A DNA stretch of 30,073 bases from a virus (taxonomy: Duplodnaviria > Caudoviricetes): positions 1 to 30,073 of the IMG/VR virus record IMGVR_UViG_3300011338_000008; one strand, 5' to 3'. Shown here one piece after another: positions 16,432 to 25,148 of the stretch. Position 1 is the stretch's first letter. Each line of letters starts with the position of its first letter. The translations under genes and the position numbers were made by a program. The notes beneath the pieces are model-generated. The model worked only from the letters and a program-made list of their open reading frames with translations, had not been told where the DNA came from and made no database searches.

Positions 16432-19134
16432 ATGGCGATTGTTAACGAAAACTACACAAATCAATTTAATGATGGTGGTGCTTTACCTTTTAATAATAGA
16501 TCACCATCTGGATCAAATAATCAGTCATCTAATACTGATTCTAATTTGGTTAAGGATTATGAAGGTAAAACCTATGATCCTGCTGTTATCTTAGCATTGT
16601 CAAAACAAATTGCTAGTGCTGTTGATCCTAAAGCAATTAAAGGCGGTGTTTTTACTACAAAAGGTAAAAGCGTAGGATTTAACTATGATGAAGCCACTAA
16701 GTTGCTTGGTCGTGAGCCAAATTCTGCTGAACAAGTATTTTTGGACATGGCTCGTCACCTTGCAAAAGAAGGGGTAACAGACCTTAAAACAGCTAATTTA
16801 AGTGAAACAAATCGTAGGTTCGGCTCTACATATACTGGTGGTGGCGGTACGATTTATGAGATCAAGAAGAATGCTGAAGGCAATCCAGTTATTTCTACAT
16901 GGAGTAAGGATACTAGCGACAGAGGAACAATTCTTGGCGCTTTAGCAATTGCTGGACTTGCTTTCGGTGTTGGCAGTTTGTTTGGTGAAGCCGCAAGTGC
17001 TGCTAGTGGCTTAACTGGTGCTGAGTTGGCTTCTGCTGATGCTCTTTTAGGAACTGTGGGTGGAGTTGAGGGTGCTGCTGCATTGGCTGAAACGGCAGGT
17101 ATTGCTGGCATGGGTGCAGGAACTGGTTTGACAGCAGGTGGCTCTGGTCTAGGCTTGTCATCTACTGGTGGTCTTGGATTGACTGCGGCTGAAGGTTTAA
17201 CTGGTACTGGTGTTTTGTCAGGTTCTACATTAGGTACTGGTTTACTTGGTGGTTCAGGAACATTAGCAGGATTGACTGGTACTGGTATTTTGGCAGGATC
17301 AGAACTTGGAACTGGCTTGCTTGGTACTACTGGTACTCAAGCCTTAACTGGTACTGGCGTATTGAGTGGTTCTACACTTGGTACAGAGTTGCTTGGTACT
17401 GGTGCAGGAACTGCCGCCACTACTGGTGGAGTTACTGGTCTTACAAATACAGCTAACCTTGGTACAGGCGCTTTGACTACTGGAGTTGATTCAGCTTTGT
17501 TGAGTAGCTATGTAACACCTCAAGCAATGGCGGCAAAAATTGGAGCTAATCTTCCACAAGGATGGGAGAGTTTTACTCCACAAGAAAAGATCAGTTGGTT
17601 CAATGCCAATAATGTTACTGCTGAACAGTTGTTAACTGCGGGTGTTCCACAAGCAGATGTTGCCTTTATGACTCAAAATGGTTTGGGTGGTACTGTTGCA
17701 GGAATGGGTGCTGGTACTGGTATAACATCAGGAGCGGGTGGTTTAGGTTTAAAAGCAGGAACAGCGGGTCTTGGTGCAGAAGGTTTAGGAGCAGGCATTA
17801 CAGCAGGAACTGGTTTGACAGGAACTGGTGTTTTAACTGGCTCTACTTTGGGAACAGGATTGTTAACTGGTGCTGGTACTGCGGCAGGACTAACTGGCAC
17901 AGGCATTTTGTCAGACTCTACCCTTGGAACTGGCTTGCTAGGAACAGGAGGCACAACTGGTGGTGTTACTGGTGGAGTTACTGGTGTTACTGATGTTACT
18001 GGTGGAGTTACTGGTGGTGTTACTGATGGAACATTGGGTGGATTAGGAACAGCAGTTACTAAAGCAGGAACTGGTTTACTTGGTAACTTAACTGCTCAAC
18101 AGTTGTCGGGTTTGATCTCTGGTGGTTTGTCTACTGCTGGTGGATTGCTACAACAACAGACTTCTAGAGAAGCGGCTCAAGCGGCTCAAGCTCGTATTGA
18201 TGCTGAGACTGCTGCTGCCAAACAAGCGGCTCAATTCCGTCCTGTTGGCATGACCACTCGATTTGGTACTTCTCAATTTACCTATGATCCTGTAACTGGT
18301 CAGATGGTAAGTGCAGGCTATCAGTTAACTCCTGAAGCTAAAGCTCAACAAGATCGTTTGATGGCTTTGTCTAATCAAGGTTTGACACAAGCAGAGCAAG
18401 CACAAGGTCAATTTGCTCCTTTGCAAACAGGCGCTCAGAGCTTGTTTAATCTTGGTAACAAGTATTTGGCTCAGACTCCTGAAGAAGTTGCACAGCGTTA
18501 CATCAATCAACAGATGCAATTGTTGCAACCTAGCCGTGAACTTGAGTTGGCTAACTTGCAAAACAGATTGCAACAACAAGGTCGTGCAGGGTTGTCTGTT
18601 GCTCAAGGTGGTAATTTGGGTGCTACAACACCTGAGTTGCAAGCCTTGTATAACGCTAGGGCACAACAAGAACTTGCTTTGGCGGCACAAGCTCAACAAG
18701 CTGGTCAACAACAAGTTAGCTTTGGTGCAGGATTGCTTGGTCAAGGTGCTGGCGCTATGGGTCAGTACTATGCAGGACAGCAAGCGGCTTATGCTCCTTA
18801 TACGACTGCCATGGGTCAAGCTCAAGGTCTGGAAGCTATTGGTCAACAACCATTTGCACTTAGCCAAGGTCTTGCTCAACAACAAGCCCAAGCGGGTGCT
18901 AATGCGGGTCGTATAGGTTTAACAGGCGCTCAATTGAGTACTGCTTTGGCTACAAGCAATGCGGCTACTACTAATCCTTATGCAACTGTTTTAGGTGGAT
19001 TGGGTAGCCCAACATCTTTGTTAGGACAAGGATTGGCTAACTGGACAACTGGATTGCTTTCATCACCTACAACTGCTGCAGCGGGAAATCCTTTAGCAGT
19101 TGGTGAGTTTGCTAACCCTGGATATTGGACTTAA
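16432..19134 (+). CDS. Putative internal virion/ejection protein with GLTG repeats (start moved to 16432)
   Basis: AAGGA RBS; 900 aa; hydrophobic segment, Gly/Thr/Leu repeats, Gln/Ala-rich C-terminus. Confidence 0.68.
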   Translation: MAIVNENYTNQFNDGGALPFNNRSPSGSNNQSSNTDSNLVKDYEGKTYDPAVILALSKQIASAVDPKAIKGGVFTTKGKSVGFNYDEATKLLGREPNSAEQVFLDMARHLAKEGVTDLKTANLSETNRRFGSTYTGGGGTIYEIKKNAEGNPVISTWSKDTSDRGTILGALAIAGLAFGVGSLFGEAASAASGLTGAELASADALLGTVGGVEGAAALAETAGIAGMGAGTGLTAGGSGLGLSSTGGLGLTAAEGLTGTGVLSGSTLGTGLLGGSGTLAGLTGTGILAGSELGTGLLGTTGTQALTGTGVLSGSTLGTELLGTGAGTAATTGGVTGLTNTANLGTGALTTGVDSALLSSYVTPQAMAAKIGANLPQGWESFTPQEKISWFNANNVTAEQLLTAGVPQADVAFMTQNGLGGTVAGMGAGTGITSGAGGLGLKAGTAGLGAEGLGAGITAGTGLTGTGVLTGSTLGTGLLTGAGTAAGLTGTGILSDSTLGTGLLGTGGTTGGVTGGVTGVTDVTGGVTGGVTDGTLGGLGTAVTKAGTGLLGNLTAQQLSGLISGGLSTAGGLLQQQTSREAAQAAQARIDAETAAAKQAAQFRPVGMTTRFGTSQFTYDPVTGQMVSAGYQLTPEAKAQQDRLMALSNQGLTQAEQAQGQFAPLQTGAQSLFNLGNKYLAQTPEEVAQRYINQQMQLLQPSRELELANLQNRLQQQGRAGLSVAQGGNLGATTPELQALYNARAQQELALAAQAQQAGQQQVSFGAGLLGQGAGAMGQYYAGQQAAYAPYTTAMGQAQGLEAIGQQPFALSQGLAQQQAQAGANAGRIGLTGAQLSTALATSNAATTNPYATVLGGLGSPTSLLGQGLANWTTGLLSSPTTAAAGNPLAVGEFANPGYWT
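17104..18030 (+). repeat. Intragenic degenerate repeats: ~25-aa GLTGTG(V/I)LxxSxLGTxLL x5 plus GVTG tandem repeats
   Basis: Seen in the translation; two blocks, each starting AGMGAGTG. Confidence 0.85.
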
Positions 19135-19146
19135 TTGGAGAGCAAA

Positions 19147-20400
19147 ATGGCAGATATTATCCCTAGCTTATTCGGGTTAACTCCCGAAATGTATGGTCAA
19201 CAACAGCAAATGGCGGCTTTAAGCCAAGGCGCTCAGTTGGCTAATATGTCTCCAGAGGCTCGTGGTGCGGCTATGACTTATGCAGGCGCTGCTGGTCTTG
19301 GTCGTGCTGTTGGTGGTATGTTGGGTGCTGAAGACCCACAGTTGAAGTTAATCTCTACTCGTAACGCTATTGCTCAACAGATTGACCAGACTAATCCAGA
19401 TTCAATTCTAAAAGGCGCTCAAATGTTGGCTCAAGCTGGCGACCAACAAGGTGCTATGCAATTGGCTCAATTTGCTCGTCAAGCTCAAAGTGAAATGGCT
19501 TTGGTGCAACAGCGTCAAGCGGCTCAACAAGCATCTTTGGCTACAGCGGCTAAGACTCAACTGTCTATTAAGCAAGAAGAGCAATTGCGTGAGGAATTGT
19601 CTAAACTTCCTCAAGATGCAACTCAAGAGCAAGTTTTGTCTATTGTTACCAAGTATGGTTCACCTGATAAGGTTTTAGCGGCTTTACAAAGTTCTGCTGA
19701 TCGTGCTGCGGCTAATCTAGCAAGAACTGAATCTGCACAACTGGCTAATCAAGCTCGAATAGATGCGGCTAAAGTTGCGGCTGATGCAAAGATTGAAGCG
19801 GCTCGTGTTGCTGGTGCTACTGCATTACAAATTGCTCAAATGAGAGCTGATTCTGCTAAAGAGTTGCGTGAATTAACGGCATCAATGAAAGGCCCGAAAA
19901 CTCTTGCTCCATCTTTGCAGAAAGAAGAGGACAAAGAACTTGAATTGGTTGACTCATTAGAGGCTCGTGAAAAGTCTTTAGCTCCTGCTATTGCATCTTT
20001 GACGCCTGATCCTAAGACTGGTAAACCACCATTACAACTTGGCCCTGTAAACAATTTGAGATATCAGGCACAAAATGCCGCAGGTAACTCTACTGTTGAA
20101 AGCCGAAACTATGCCGCTTTGCAACGAGCTGTTCAAGAAGCAACCAACTTGAAGACTGATGCCGCTAAAGGTGTTCAGACTGACAAGGATGTGTTGCGTT
20201 TTGCCAATGAACTTGTAGCCGCATTTGGTGGCAATGATACACAGACTACTTTGGAAGCACTTAGTAACTTTGTTAAATCAACTGTTAAAGCTAAAGAGAA
20301 TGCTCAGAAGCGAATTGATAGTAGGCGTAAGTCTCAAGGTGTAGAACCTTATTACGGCCCTGCTCGTGGAACACCACAGAATCCTATTCCATTAGATTAA
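19147..20400 (+). CDS. Putative ejection/DNA transfer protein (start moved to 19147)
   Basis: GGAG RBS; Ala/Gln-rich coiled coil; position after the tail genes. Confidence 0.65.
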   Translation: MADIIPSLFGLTPEMYGQQQQMAALSQGAQLANMSPEARGAAMTYAGAAGLGRAVGGMLGAEDPQLKLISTRNAIAQQIDQTNPDSILKGAQMLAQAGDQQGAMQLAQFARQAQSEMALVQQRQAAQQASLATAAKTQLSIKQEEQLREELSKLPQDATQEQVLSIVTKYGSPDKVLAALQSSADRAAANLARTESAQLANQARIDAAKVAADAKIEAARVAGATALQIAQMRADSAKELRELTASMKGPKTLAPSLQKEEDKELELVDSLEAREKSLAPAIASLTPDPKTGKPPLQLGPVNNLRYQAQNAAGNSTVESRNYAALQRAVQEATNLKTDAAKGVQTDKDVLRFANELVAAFGGNDTQTTLEALSNFVKSTVKAKENAQKRIDSRRKSQGVEPYYGPARGTPQNPIPLD

Positions 20401-20410
20401 AGGGAACATC

Positions 20411-21949
20411 ATGGCGACTGTTTACACATATCAAGGTGTTTCGTATGAATTGCCTGATGGGTTGTCTAATGAAGAGGCACTATCAAAAATTAAGGCTAGT
20501 TTAGGTGGTCAACCTGCTCCTGCTCCTGCTCCCGCACCTGCCCCTGCTATTCCTCAAGCACAAGCCACTCCTGAAGAGCCAGGCATAGGCGACATGATTA
20601 AGCGTCAACTTGGTTTGGCGACTAGAGCTGTTGTTACTGGTGCTTCTGCTCCTGCAAACATTGTTACTGACTTCTTAAGTGGTGCATACAATGTTGGTGC
20701 AAACTTAGTTGGTTCTGAAAAAAGAGCGCCTTATTTGTCTAGAGAGCAAAGCAAAGGTTTGACTCAATTAGGTGTTCCAGAGCCTGCGACTGGCGCTGAA
20801 AGAGCCGCACAAGCTGGTATGCAGAGTTTGGTATCTGCTGGTGGTATGGCAGCGGCTGCTCCAAAAACAATCTTTGGTGCTGATTTGGCTCGTCAATTGC
20901 CTGCCGCTACTGTTGCTCCAATGGTTGCACAGCCTGTTGCAGAGGCTACTAAAGAGATTACAGGAAGCGACATAGCCGCTACGATTGCCGCTTTGGGTGT
21001 TTCTGGTGCTATTGGCAAGACTACTGGTGATGTAGCAGGCCGTATCATGTCTGGTAAACAGCCTGTTGCTACGATGGCAGATGTTCAGCAAAAAGCATCT
21101 CGTGCTTATACAAAAGTTAGCGACCAAGGCATTGAGATATCTGGTCAAAACGCAACTAGCTTAGTTGACAAAGTTAAAAGTCGATTGGATGCTGTTGATT
21201 ACATTCCTGAGAATGCTGCTCCTGTTGCCAACATCTTGAACAAGTACGAAAGTATCCTTCAACGAGGCAATATCACTTTTGACAATGTTGAGCAAATGCG
21301 TAGGCTTGCCAATAATCTTAAAGGCAACCCTGATAAGAACATTAGACGCTTGGCAAGTGAGATGGTTGATACCATTGACGATCATGTTGCAACTCTGTCT
21401 CCAAAGGATGTTGTTTCAGGTGCTGGTGGCATTGATACAGCCGTTAAAACGATCATGGAAGCCCGTAAAGACTTTAGAAATCTAAGTCGTGCTTCAACAC
21501 TTGAAAATATTTTGAATGTCGCTGAAACTAAAGCATTAAATCCTACTGCTTCAGAGAGTGAATTGATCCGTCAAGGCTTCATTACTCTTGCGGCTAACAA
21601 GAACAAAATGAACTTGTTTAGCAAAGATGAGCAGAACGCTATTAAGGCTGTTGCAAAGGGTAGCTCATTAGACCCATTGCTTACTTTGATGGCTAAATTT
21701 AACCCACAGCGTAGTCAATTGATTACTGGTGGTGCTGTTGGTTTTGGTGCGGCAAGTCCTGAGACTTTAAAGTATTCAATTCCAATTGCTGCGGCAGGAT
21801 ATGGTGCTGACAAACTTCAAGGTTTGATTCGTAGGCAAGCGGCAGAAAAAGCTATGAGTGGATTGTTAACTGGTACTACACCTGGGCCACAACCTTCGTA
21901 TTTCACACGAGGTTTGCTAAGTACCATGATGAACCCTACAGAGCAATGA
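20411..21949 (+). CDS. Putative ejection/DNA transfer protein
   Basis: Short N-terminal domain, (PA)6 linker and Ala-rich helical body; last gene of the structural block. Confidence 0.65.
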   Translation: MATVYTYQGVSYELPDGLSNEEALSKIKASLGGQPAPAPAPAPAPAIPQAQATPEEPGIGDMIKRQLGLATRAVVTGASAPANIVTDFLSGAYNVGANLVGSEKRAPYLSREQSKGLTQLGVPEPATGAERAAQAGMQSLVSAGGMAAAAPKTIFGADLARQLPAATVAPMVAQPVAEATKEITGSDIAATIAALGVSGAIGKTTGDVAGRIMSGKQPVATMADVQQKASRAYTKVSDQGIEISGQNATSLVDKVKSRLDAVDYIPENAAPVANILNKYESILQRGNITFDNVEQMRRLANNLKGNPDKNIRRLASEMVDTIDDHVATLSPKDVVSGAGGIDTAVKTIMEARKDFRNLSRASTLENILNVAETKALNPTASESELIRQGFITLAANKNKMNLFSKDEQNAIKAVAKGSSLDPLLTLMAKFNPQRSQLITGGAVGFGAASPETLKYSIPIAAAGYGADKLQGLIRRQAAEKAMSGLLTGTTPGPQPSYFTRGLLSTMMNPTEQ

Positions 21950-22038
21950 AAGAGTGGGCTGTTGCTTATTTAGCGGCAGTCCTTCTTACTGCTTTTGTCA
22001 TATTTTGTAGTTATATTGTTATTTGGGCATTTCCATGA
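21946..22038 (+). CDS. 30-aa single-transmembrane peptide (not in the ORF track)
   Basis: MKEWAVAYLAAVLLTAFVIFCSYIVIWAFP; ATGA overlaps at both ends. Confidence 0.6.
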   Translation: MKEWAVAYLAAVLLTAFVIFCSYIVIWAFP

Positions 22039-22148
22039 TCGCCTTTCTCTTGGCGGCAACCATTGAATACCGATGTGTTAAATGGACTTGGACTGGCGAT
22101 GTGTTTAATCGCAAAGTAGTCTGTCTCAAGTGGGAGAAGAGAAAATGA
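22035..22148 (+). CDS. 37-aa peptide with two C-x-K-W motifs (not in the ORF track)
   Basis: MIAFLLAATIEYRCVKWTWTGDVFNRKVVCLKWEKRK; ATGA overlaps at both ends. Confidence 0.6.
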   Translation: MIAFLLAATIEYRCVKWTWTGDVFNRKVVCLKWEKRK

Positions 22149-22645
22149 TTCCTATTGATCCGATAAGTGCGTTAAATGGCTTACAGAATGCCATTACGAT
22201 GGTCAAAAAGGCTAGTAAGGTAGCCAATGACTTAGGCGGTCTTGCCCCGATGATTGGCAAGATGTTTGATGCTAAGAGTGTTGCTACAAAAGCGATGCTT
22301 GAGGCAAAGCGTGAAAAGCGTGGTTCAAACATGGGTGCTGCTCTACAGATTGAGATGGCGCTAGAGCAAGCCAGAGCATTTGAAGAAGAACTAAAGATGC
22401 TCTTTATGCAGACTGGCAAGATTGATATCTGGAACAAGATCAAAGCTCGTCAAGCTGAGATGGACAGGGATGATGCTAAAGAGATGGCTGCTTTGAAAGC
22501 GGCTGAAAAGAAAGCTAAAGAACAAGAACAAGAGATGCAAGAGTGGGCAATCATCATTGGTGGCGTTGTCTTTGTTTTGTTTTTGGTTTTCATTGGTATC
22601 AACGAACTAATGAGTCTTTGTCCTAAAGGTGGGTGCGGAAGATGA
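22145..22645 (+). CDS. Coiled-coil protein with C-terminal transmembrane helix (start moved to 22145)
   Basis: MIPIDPISAL...WAIIIGGVVFVLFLVFIGI; ATGA-coupled. Confidence 0.75.
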   Translation: MIPIDPISALNGLQNAITMVKKASKVANDLGGLAPMIGKMFDAKSVATKAMLEAKREKRGSNMGAALQIEMALEQARAFEEELKMLFMQTGKIDIWNKIKARQAEMDRDDAKEMAALKAAEKKAKEQEQEMQEWAIIIGGVVFVLFLVFIGINELMSLCPKGGCGR

Positions 22646-22791
22646 ACGAGTATCAGAAACAATTTGACATGTTTCTGAAGGTCTTTATTTACGGCTGTGT
22701 AGCTTGGTGGTTCTTAGGTTTCTTAAAGTTCTTACCTGATGACTTATCAAACAAAATTGTGGCACTTCTATTGGGAAAGATTGGGTTATGA
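22642..22791 (+). CDS. 49-aa membrane protein (not in the ORF track)
   Basis: MNEYQKQFDMFLKVFIYGCVAWWFLGFLKFLPDDLSNKIVALLLGKIGL; ATGA overlaps at both ends. Confidence 0.65.
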   Translation: MNEYQKQFDMFLKVFIYGCVAWWFLGFLKFLPDDLSNKIVALLLGKIGL

Positions 22792-22964
22792 AAATCAACA
22801 CTTACCAACAAAATGCCAAGATGATGTGGGAGGCTCACAGGGTGATCCACCAACAGAATATGGCAAGGTTAGCCGAATTGAACAGACAAGCAGACCATCA
22901 ACAGAAAGTCCAAGAGATTAAGACTCATTGGATTAAGAACTCACAAGTGGATGTAATGGTATGA
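22788..22964 (+). CDS. 58-aa soluble helical protein (not in the ORF track)
   Basis: MKINTYQQNAKMMWEAHRVIHQQNMARLAELNRQADHQQKVQEIKTHWIKNSQVDVMV; ATGA overlaps at both ends. Confidence 0.65.
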   Translation: MKINTYQQNAKMMWEAHRVIHQQNMARLAELNRQADHQQKVQEIKTHWIKNSQVDVMV

Positions 22965-23164
22965 GATATTTGCTTTTGTTATTGCTACTAACTGGATGTG
23001 AAGACAGATACAGATATTTTTGCCAGAACCCTGACAACTTTCATGCCGAACAATGTCAGAAACCTAAGTGTTTGTTTACTCAACAATGCCCAGAATATCT
23101 GGTAGCACCCATCTTAGAAAAGAAAGTATCCGATGTCCAACCAGAAGCTAAACCTAACCCCTGA
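22961..23164 (+). CDS. Small Cys-rich lipoprotein
   Basis: MRYLLLLLLLTGC lipobox plus four further Cys residues. Confidence 0.78.
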   Translation: MRYLLLLLLLTGCEDRYRYFCQNPDNFHAEQCQKPKCLFTQQCPEYLVAPILEKKVSDVQPEAKPNP

Positions 23165-23657
23165 CGAAATCGAAGTAAGAATCTGGGGTTTTGTGGTCAT
23201 TGCGGTCACATTGATTCTTTGCTTTATCGTTGTTGCTTTGCTCTATTCTGTCACCTTTGTGACACAACCAATCAAGAGCATGGCCCCGATTGACCAAGCC
23301 TACACCAAGATGCTGAATGACATCGTTCTTTTGATCGTAGGTGGTATTGGTGGAGTGATGTCTAAGAGAGCAGTAGCCGCAGGATCAAAGGCTTTTGGAG
23401 CGCCTCAACCTCCAATGCAACCAATGTGTCAACCAATGGGTAATAACGGCTCTATAGGTGGTTTTAACGCTTCCTATGCACCTTCTCAGTCTGCTTATGG
23501 ATTGCCTAGCCAACCATTTGGTGCAATGCCTGTTTGGAATAACCCAGAGTTGGATGAAAGTTGGACACCAGGCCCTCCACCGACTACACCACCAGATCAC
23601 TTGGAAGATGACCATGAGCGAGTTCAATTAGCTGTTGCTCGACAGGAGGCTGATTAA
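23133..23657 (+). CDS. Two-transmembrane protein with Pro-rich tail; holin candidate
   Basis: Hydrophobic IWGFVVIAVTLILCFIVVALLYSV and IVLLIVGGIGGVM; lies before the spanins and endolysin. Confidence 0.6.
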   Translation: MSNQKLNLTPDEIEVRIWGFVVIAVTLILCFIVVALLYSVTFVTQPIKSMAPIDQAYTKMLNDIVLLIVGGIGGVMSKRAVAAGSKAFGAPQPPMQPMCQPMGNNGSIGGFNASYAPSQSAYGLPSQPFGAMPVWNNPELDESWTPGPPPTTPPDHLEDDHERVQLAVARQEAD

Positions 23658-24157
23658 TGCTACCTATTCCTTTACCTTGGTTAATTGTTGGTGTTCTTAT
23701 ATCCTTGTTTGGTACTTACAGGGTAGGACATCATTACGGATGGCTAGAGCGTGATAACGACATGAAGATAGCCATTGCTAAGAAGAATGAAGAGGCTCGT
23801 AAGATCGAGCAAAACATGACAGAGAAACTTAACGAACAATCTACTAAATTACAGGAGGCTAATGATGCTATCAACAAAAAAACTAATGCTCTTGCTGTTG
23901 CCAATCGTGCTGGCAAGTTGCGCCTCTGCCCCTCAAGTAACCTACAAACCACCCCAAGTTCCCCCATTGCCACCACAAATACAGAAGCAACCAGTCAACC
24001 TGACAGACAGACTGACACAGCTTCTGATGCCGAAAGAGCAACCATCGAAGCCATCGCAGAAATAGTAGCTGCTGGTGACAAAAATACTGCCGCTTTGAAC
24101 GCTTGCGTTGATTCTTACAATCAGATGAGAGACTTGTTAAATGTCAATAACCGCTGA
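23657..24157 (+). CDS. Rz: Rz-like inner-membrane spanin
   Basis: N-terminal transmembrane helix, periplasmic coiled coil, GKLRL and LNAC motifs; contains a nested lipoprotein gene. Confidence 0.82.
   Translation: MLPIPLPWLIVGVLISLFGTYRVGHHYGWLERDNDMKIAIAKKNEEARKIEQNMTEKLNEQSTKLQEANDAINKKTNALAVANRAGKLRLCPSSNLQTTPSSPIATTNTEATSQPDRQTDTASDAERATIEAIAEIVAAGDKNTAALNACVDSYNQMRDLLNVNNR
23862..24065 (+). CDS. Rz1: Rz1-like outer-membrane lipoprotein spanin nested in Rz (+1 frame)
   Basis: AGGAGG RBS inside Rz; KKLMLLLLPIVLASC lipobox; Pro-rich mature part PPQVPPLPP. Confidence 0.8.
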   Translation: MMLSTKKLMLLLLPIVLASCASAPQVTYKPPQVPPLPPQIQKQPVNLTDRLTQLLMPKEQPSKPSQK

Positions 24158-24740
24158 ACAACTTAAACAACTTCACATTGGTGAGCAATGGCTTGATGGT
24201 CTGAATGCCACTTTTGATAGGTTTGATATATCTACACCATATCGACAAGCGGCTTTCATTGGTCAATGTGGGCATGAATGCGGTAACTTTAAGATTCTTG
24301 AGGAGAATTTAAATTATCGTGCAGAGGCTTTGCAGAAGTTATGGCCTAAACGCTTTGATGCTGCCAAGGCACAGGCTTGTGCTAGAAACCCTAAGTTGAT
24401 TGCCAATACTGTTTACTCCAATCGTATGGGTAATAGAGATGAGGCTTCTGGTGATGGATGGCGTTTTAGAGGTCGTGGTTGCATCCAGTTGACGGGTCAT
24501 GCCAACTACTACCATGCAGGGCAAGCCTTAGGGGTTGATTTTGTGATGAACCCTGATTTGGTTGCCACTCCAATGTATGCGGCTCTCACAGCAGGATGGT
24601 TTTGGGATGTCCAAAAACTCAACCAATATGCCGATTCTCGTGACTACAAGACCATGACCAAGAAGATAAATGGTGGTTTTATTGGATTGGCAGACAGAGA
24701 AAAGCACATAAATCACGCACTTGCAGTATTGACTTCATAA
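24141..24740 (+). CDS. Endolysin, glycoside hydrolase family 19
   Basis: AAFIGQCGHEC, EENLNY, FRGRGCIQLTG..NY, TKKINGG..GL.DR. Confidence 0.95.
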   Translation: MSITAEQLKQLHIGEQWLDGLNATFDRFDISTPYRQAAFIGQCGHECGNFKILEENLNYRAEALQKLWPKRFDAAKAQACARNPKLIANTVYSNRMGNRDEASGDGWRFRGRGCIQLTGHANYYHAGQALGVDFVMNPDLVATPMYAALTAGWFWDVQKLNQYADSRDYKTMTKKINGGFIGLADREKHINHALAVLTS

Positions 24741-24773
24741 AAAATGTGAAAAAGTTGTGTATAAAGCGGTGTT

Positions 24774-25148
24774 ATGTCAAACATTCCAACTCAACAGGAT
24801 GCTGAATTCTTTGCAGAATGTGTAAAGAAATGGCAGAAAACACTATCTCTGGGTGACTGGAGAATAGAGAAAGGCTCTAAGCCTGCAAAGCAAGCAATGG
24901 CTTCTGTTGAGTTTAATGAGAATGCCAGATTAGCAACTTATCGTTTGGGTGACTTTGGTGCAGAAAAGATTACGCCTGAGTCCTTAGACAAAACAGCTTT
25001 GCATGAATTGCTCCATGTGATGCTTCACGATCTTTTGTCTGTTGCACAAGACCCTAAATCTTCTCAAGAAGAGGTGGAAATGCAAGAACACAGGGTCATT
25101 AACTTGCTTGAGCAATTACTCTTCAAGGAATCGAATGGGCGCTCATAA
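24774..25148 (+). CDS. Small HEXXH zincin-like protein
   Basis: ALHELLHV motif with downstream E(M)QEH. Confidence 0.65.
   Translation: MSNIPTQQDAEFFAECVKKWQKTLSLGDWRIEKGSKPAKQAMASVEFNENARLATYRLGDFGAEKITPESLDKTALHELLHVMLHDLLSVAQDPKSSQEEVEMQEHRVINLLEQLLFKESNGRS

Noticed and set aside
15900-18030. GGT/GGC-rich repeats as a CRISPR array or non-coding satellite
   Set aside because: They are degenerate codon-level repeats of Gly-rich proteins with no repeat-spacer structure
20513-20548. CCTGCT tandem repeat
   Set aside because: An ordinary (Pro-Ala)6 linker
22739-22921. ORF-track 60-aa ORF
   Set aside because: The alternative ATGA-coupled ORFs 22642..22791 and 22788..22964 tile the region exactly
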